From the NCBI RefSeq assembly GCF_030144855.1, contig NC_082711.1, positions 118,234,001 to 118,298,000 of the forward strand: a stretch of 64,000 bases of DNA, given 5' to 3'. Source of the DNA: Hypanus sabinus (lineage: Eukaryota). The position numbers were made by a program, and so were the translations under genes. Positions 60,459 through 64,000 of the stretch are shown here, piece by piece; the first letter of the stretch is position 1, and each line of letters starts with the position of its first letter. The notes beneath the pieces were generated by a model. It ran no database searches. It was not told where the DNA came from and worked only from the letters and a program-made list of their open reading frames with translations.

Positions 60459-60632
60459 CTTCAGGCCTGCTCCCATCTGTTGTCCTCCTCCCGTGGGTGA
60501 AATAAATCGAGCGAACTGAGCCCTTCATCTTAATGGCAACCACAAAGACGATGATTAGAGTGCCTACAATGACTGCAATGGCTGCAATGACTGCAATGTT
60601 CTGCTTGTTGTTGCTGTTTGACGATTTGTCAG
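60459..60632 (-). CDS. SLAM-family gene B, transmembrane exon
   Basis: Acceptor TTTTTCTCCTCTCCTGGTGTAG| and donor GAAG|GCAAGT (GC); 174 nt, phase 1-1. DKSSNSNNKQNIAVIAAIAVIVGTLIIVFVVAIKMKGSVRSIYFTHGRRTTDGSRPE. Confidence 0.88.
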
Positions 60633-60689
60633 CTACACCAGGAGAGGAGAAAAACAGCAGTGAATAATTCCATCCTCACGCTTCCAGTG

Positions 60690-61705
60690 ATGGGAGATCA
60701 AAGGATCAATTTCATCCCACCTGCGGATGAAGAAAACTCCCATTCACCCCAACCATCACTCCCCACCCTTCTATTACCATCACTCCCCACCCCTCCATTA
60801 CCCCTCATCACACCCCTCCACTTCATTACCTCTCCACATCACTCCTGATATCACTCCCCTCCAATACCCCTCATCACTCCCATCCCATCCATTACCCATT
60901 ATCACTCAAATCCCCTCCAATACCCCTCATCACTCCCATCCCCTCCATTACCCCTCATCACTCAGATCGCCATCATTAAACCTCATCACTCTCTCCTCCA
61001 TTAACATATCTCCTGACCCCTCCATTAACCCTACCACTCTTCACATCACTCCCCTCCATTACCTCTCATCAGTCCCATCCCCTCCATTACCCCTCATCAC
61101 TCCCTTCCACTCCACTACCCCTTATCACACCACTTCCCTCCATTAACCCTCATCAATTCACTCCCTTCGATTACCCCTCATAACTCCCTTCTCCTACATT
61201 ACCCATCATCACTCCCCTCCTCTCCATTACACTTCATCACTCAAATCCCATCCATTATCCCTCATCACTCCCATCCCCACCATTACCCCTCATCACTACC
61301 CTCCCCTCCATTACCCCTCATCACACCCCTAGACTCGATTACCCCTTATCACACCACTCCCCTCCATTACCCCTCATCACAACCCTCCCCTCCATTACCC
61401 TCAATCACTCCCTTCCCGTCCATTACTACTCATCACTTGCCTCCCATCCATTACCTCTCAGCACTATCCAGCATCCCTTACCTCTCATCACTCTATTCCC
61501 CACCATTATCCCCATCACTCCCAGCCTCTCCAAGTCCCCTTATCACATCACCCTCCTCCATTATCCCTCATCACTATCCTGCCCTCGATTATCCCTCATC
61601 ACTCAAATCCCCTCCATTATCTCTCATCACTCCCATCTCCTCCATTACCCCTCATCAATCCCATCCCTTTCATTACCCCGTTCACTCAAATCCCCTCCAT
61701 TATCT
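60690..61705. repeat. Degenerate ~26-bp C-rich tandem repeat
   Basis: Recurrent CCATTACCCCTCATCACTCCCCTCCC; almost no G on the + strand. Confidence 0.9.
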
Positions 61706-61706
61706 G

Positions 61707-62491
61707 TGTTACTCCAGAAGCCCCCTCCTTTGAGAGAATCGCAAGATCACTGTTGGGATGGGTCAGGAGTGCCAGGAAATGAGAGAGAGACATGTGGAAT
61801 GTCTCGTTCCCCCGGCAATTTAAAGCTACGGGACACGGCCATTGTCTCTTGGAGACGAACTTGTGGATTGAAATACTGTGCTACGTGGAAGCCCTCAGGC
61901 AAAGTGGGCTGGTTGAGGGAGGGATTGCATCACCCCCAACCTGATTGACATCTGCGACCCTGTGAGTCAGGATAAAAGAGGGTCTGTGGGAACAGCCCCT
62001 CAGCCGCACCAGAAGAAACGCTAGTGATCCCATAATAGCGGAAGCCATTGGAAGGAGGCCACGTGCGTTCAGTTCCGTTTGCCTGGAACTGGTGGCTGTA
62101 CCACGGAAAACGGCTTTTAGCTAACAACGGGGAAACCAACTCCCCCCCCCCCCCCCGACTCAAAGGATTGGCATCATAAAAGACCTGGGCAAGTTTAACC
62201 CGTCTCTCTCTTAAACCCAAAACGCTGCAGCTTGAACCAACTAACAGTGACTTTTATATTTCCATCGGACAATACATTATCCCCTAGACAATGATAGAGC
62301 TATTTCTTATTGATTATTATGATACCCGCGCTTTTAGATTTAGTATTGACGATGTATATTATCTGTATGTTTGCATTAATCTTATTTTGGGCCCCTTTAT
62401 CAATAAATACTTTTAAAAAATAGTACCATCAGACTTCAACGGACCTCTCTAACTTTGCTGGTAAGTGACCCAGTTACGGGGTTACGTAACA
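61707..62491 (+). mobile_element. 5' LTR of a Gypsy retrotransposon (785 bp)
   Basis: TGTTAC...GTAACA inverted termini; AATAAA at 62402-62407; followed directly by PBS and gag. Confidence 0.88.
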
Positions 62492-62493
62492 AT

Positions 62494-62513
62494 TGGAGTT
62501 CTCGCCTTGGGAT
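62494..62513 (+). promoter_or_regulatory. Primer-binding site, degenerate tRNA-Pro-like
   Basis: TGGAGTTCTCGCCTTGGGAT(TTGA), 2 nt after the LTR; resembles TGGGGGCTCGTCCGGGATTTGA. Confidence 0.65.
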
Positions 62514-62604
62514 TTGACACCAAATTGGGAGGCCAGTGAATCGAGCTTGTAAGTCCAAAACTTGGATCTGGTTACGTGGATAGCCAGACGGGGAACCAGC
62601 AAAG

Positions 62605-64000
62605 ATGGACGTGGGTGAATTTATAGAAAACCCAACTCTGGAGGCGCTAGAGGCGGCCACCAAATCAGACTTGATAAATTTGGCGAAGGAGTTAAACCTC
62701 GCAGAGGTGAGGTTGTCAATGAAAAAGCGGGAGGTGCGAAGGGCCATAACTCAGTATTATATCGGGAAGAATGTGTTTGCAGCTGAGGTATTGGAAGATA
62801 TCCCTGAAAAGGTACCAGCTAGTGGGACGGCTCAGTTAGAGTTGGAGAAATTAAGGTTGGAACATGCAATTAAGTTAAAGCAGCTGGAAGCAGCCGAGAG
62901 AGAAAGGGAGCAGGCGCTCCAGCTAAAGGAGTTAGAGGTGAAATGGGAGCATGAAATTCAGTTGAAACAGCTGGAAGCAGCTGAGAAAGAGAAAGAGAGA
63001 GCTGAGAAAGAGAAAGAGAGAGAGAGAGAGGGCCAAGAAGGAGAGAGAGTATGGGGAGGCAGAGAAACAAAGGAAACATGACTTGGAGATAGAGAAGTTA
63101 AGGCAAGGGCGAAGAGATCAAGGGTCAGACTGAGAGGAGCGGTTTAATGTTAGTCGAGAGTTGAGGTTAGTACCTCCGTTCGAGGAGACGGATGTTGATA
63201 GTTATTTCTTGCTTTTTGAAAAGGTGGCAGTGAATCTGAAGTGGCCCAGAGCTCAGTGGGTGGTGCTGTTACAAAATGTGTTAAAAGGGAAGGCACAGTG
63301 GGCATATACGACGTTGGCCATGGAGGAGGAGAGTTATGACAAAGTAAAGGCGGCCATTCTCCAGAGTTACGAGTTAGTACCTGAAGCGTATAGACAAAAG
63401 TTTAGAAATTTAAAGATAGGGTGGAATCAGACGTATACTGAGTTTGCCTATGAGAAGGGTGTGCTCTTGGACCATTGGTGCACCGCAGAGATAGTGGCAG
63501 AGGATTATTGGCGTCTCAGGGAGTTAATTCTGATTGAGGAATTTAAAGGTTGTGTTTCGGAGGATATCCGGATGTATTTGAATGAGAAGCCGAATAAGTC
63601 CATTTCAGAATTTGTTAGGTTCGCAGATGAATATGCCCTAACCCACAAGACAAAGTTTTCCTCGAATAAAAGTTCCCAGAGAGACCGTGGGAACGATCGA
63701 GAAAGTCCACAGGCTGAGGCAGAGGTCCCGCCAGGAGCTAGTGGTAAGGTTGAGGGGGAAAGGCCAGACGGCCAGAGATTTCCGGGCTTGACCTGTTTTA
63801 ATTGTGGAAAGGGGGGGCATATTGCATCTCGGCGCTTTGCTCCGAGGAAAGAGACAGGAAAAGGGAAAGCAGCAGTCCCTATCGGATGTGCCGTGGTAAT
63901 CAGTAAATCGACAAGAGAGCCCCGGGTAGACAGAGTACGAGAAGGGTCTGAGACTTGTCTGTCACATGGAACTGTGTCTGTGAGGGAGGGAGACACACCA
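62605..64000 (+). pseudogene. Gypsy (Gmr1-like) gag: coiled coil, SCAN-like capsid, zinc knuckle; runs off the window
   Basis: MDVGEF...; after a (GA)n frameshift near 63020 and TGA at 63131 the frame is open to 64000: LVPPFEETDVDSYFLLFEKVA..LKWP...W...L, YELVPEAYRQKFR, LILIEEFKGC, CFNCGKGGHIASRR. Confidence 0.9.

Noticed and set aside
60727-61146. Pro/His-rich 139-aa ORF
   Set aside because: Arises from a G-poor tandem repeat that depletes stop codons.
63505-63996. 163-aa minus ORF
   Set aside because: Antisense shadow of the open gag frame.

Overview
Eukaryotic, repeat-dense vertebrate DNA. The repeat landscape (CR1 LINEs with SGNH-esterase ORF1, Penelope elements, V-SINE/HE1-like SINEs, Rex-Babar tails) suggests a cartilaginous fish; this is inference and no species is assigned. 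The host content I can support is two tandem CD2/SLAM-family receptor genes on the minus strand. Gene A has a leader exon (22777-22822), a cysteine-free IgV exon (15403-15723) and a four-cysteine IgC2 exon (5343-5627), all phase-compatible. Gene B lies upstream and shows only its 3' half: a TM exon (60459-60632, GC donor) and two cytoplasmic exons, each with an ITSM (TIYAEV 60019-60104; TVYDTV 56887-57009). Most of the rest is nested mobile DNA: several full or partial CR1s, Penelope elements with hammerhead-ribozyme motifs, inverted ends and 15-bp TSDs, a TSD-flanked internally deleted L1, non-autonomous LINE-tail elements, Rex-Babar, Tx1, Tc1, Tigger, a class I ERV pol remnant and a young SCAN-like-gag Gypsy (LTR, PBS, gag). 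There are also minisatellites, a ~6 kb 36-bp satellite and one assembly gap. No CRISPR, rRNA or tRNA genes. Exon, TSD, LTR and Tigger coordinates were counted; other repeat boundaries are approximate (tens of bp).
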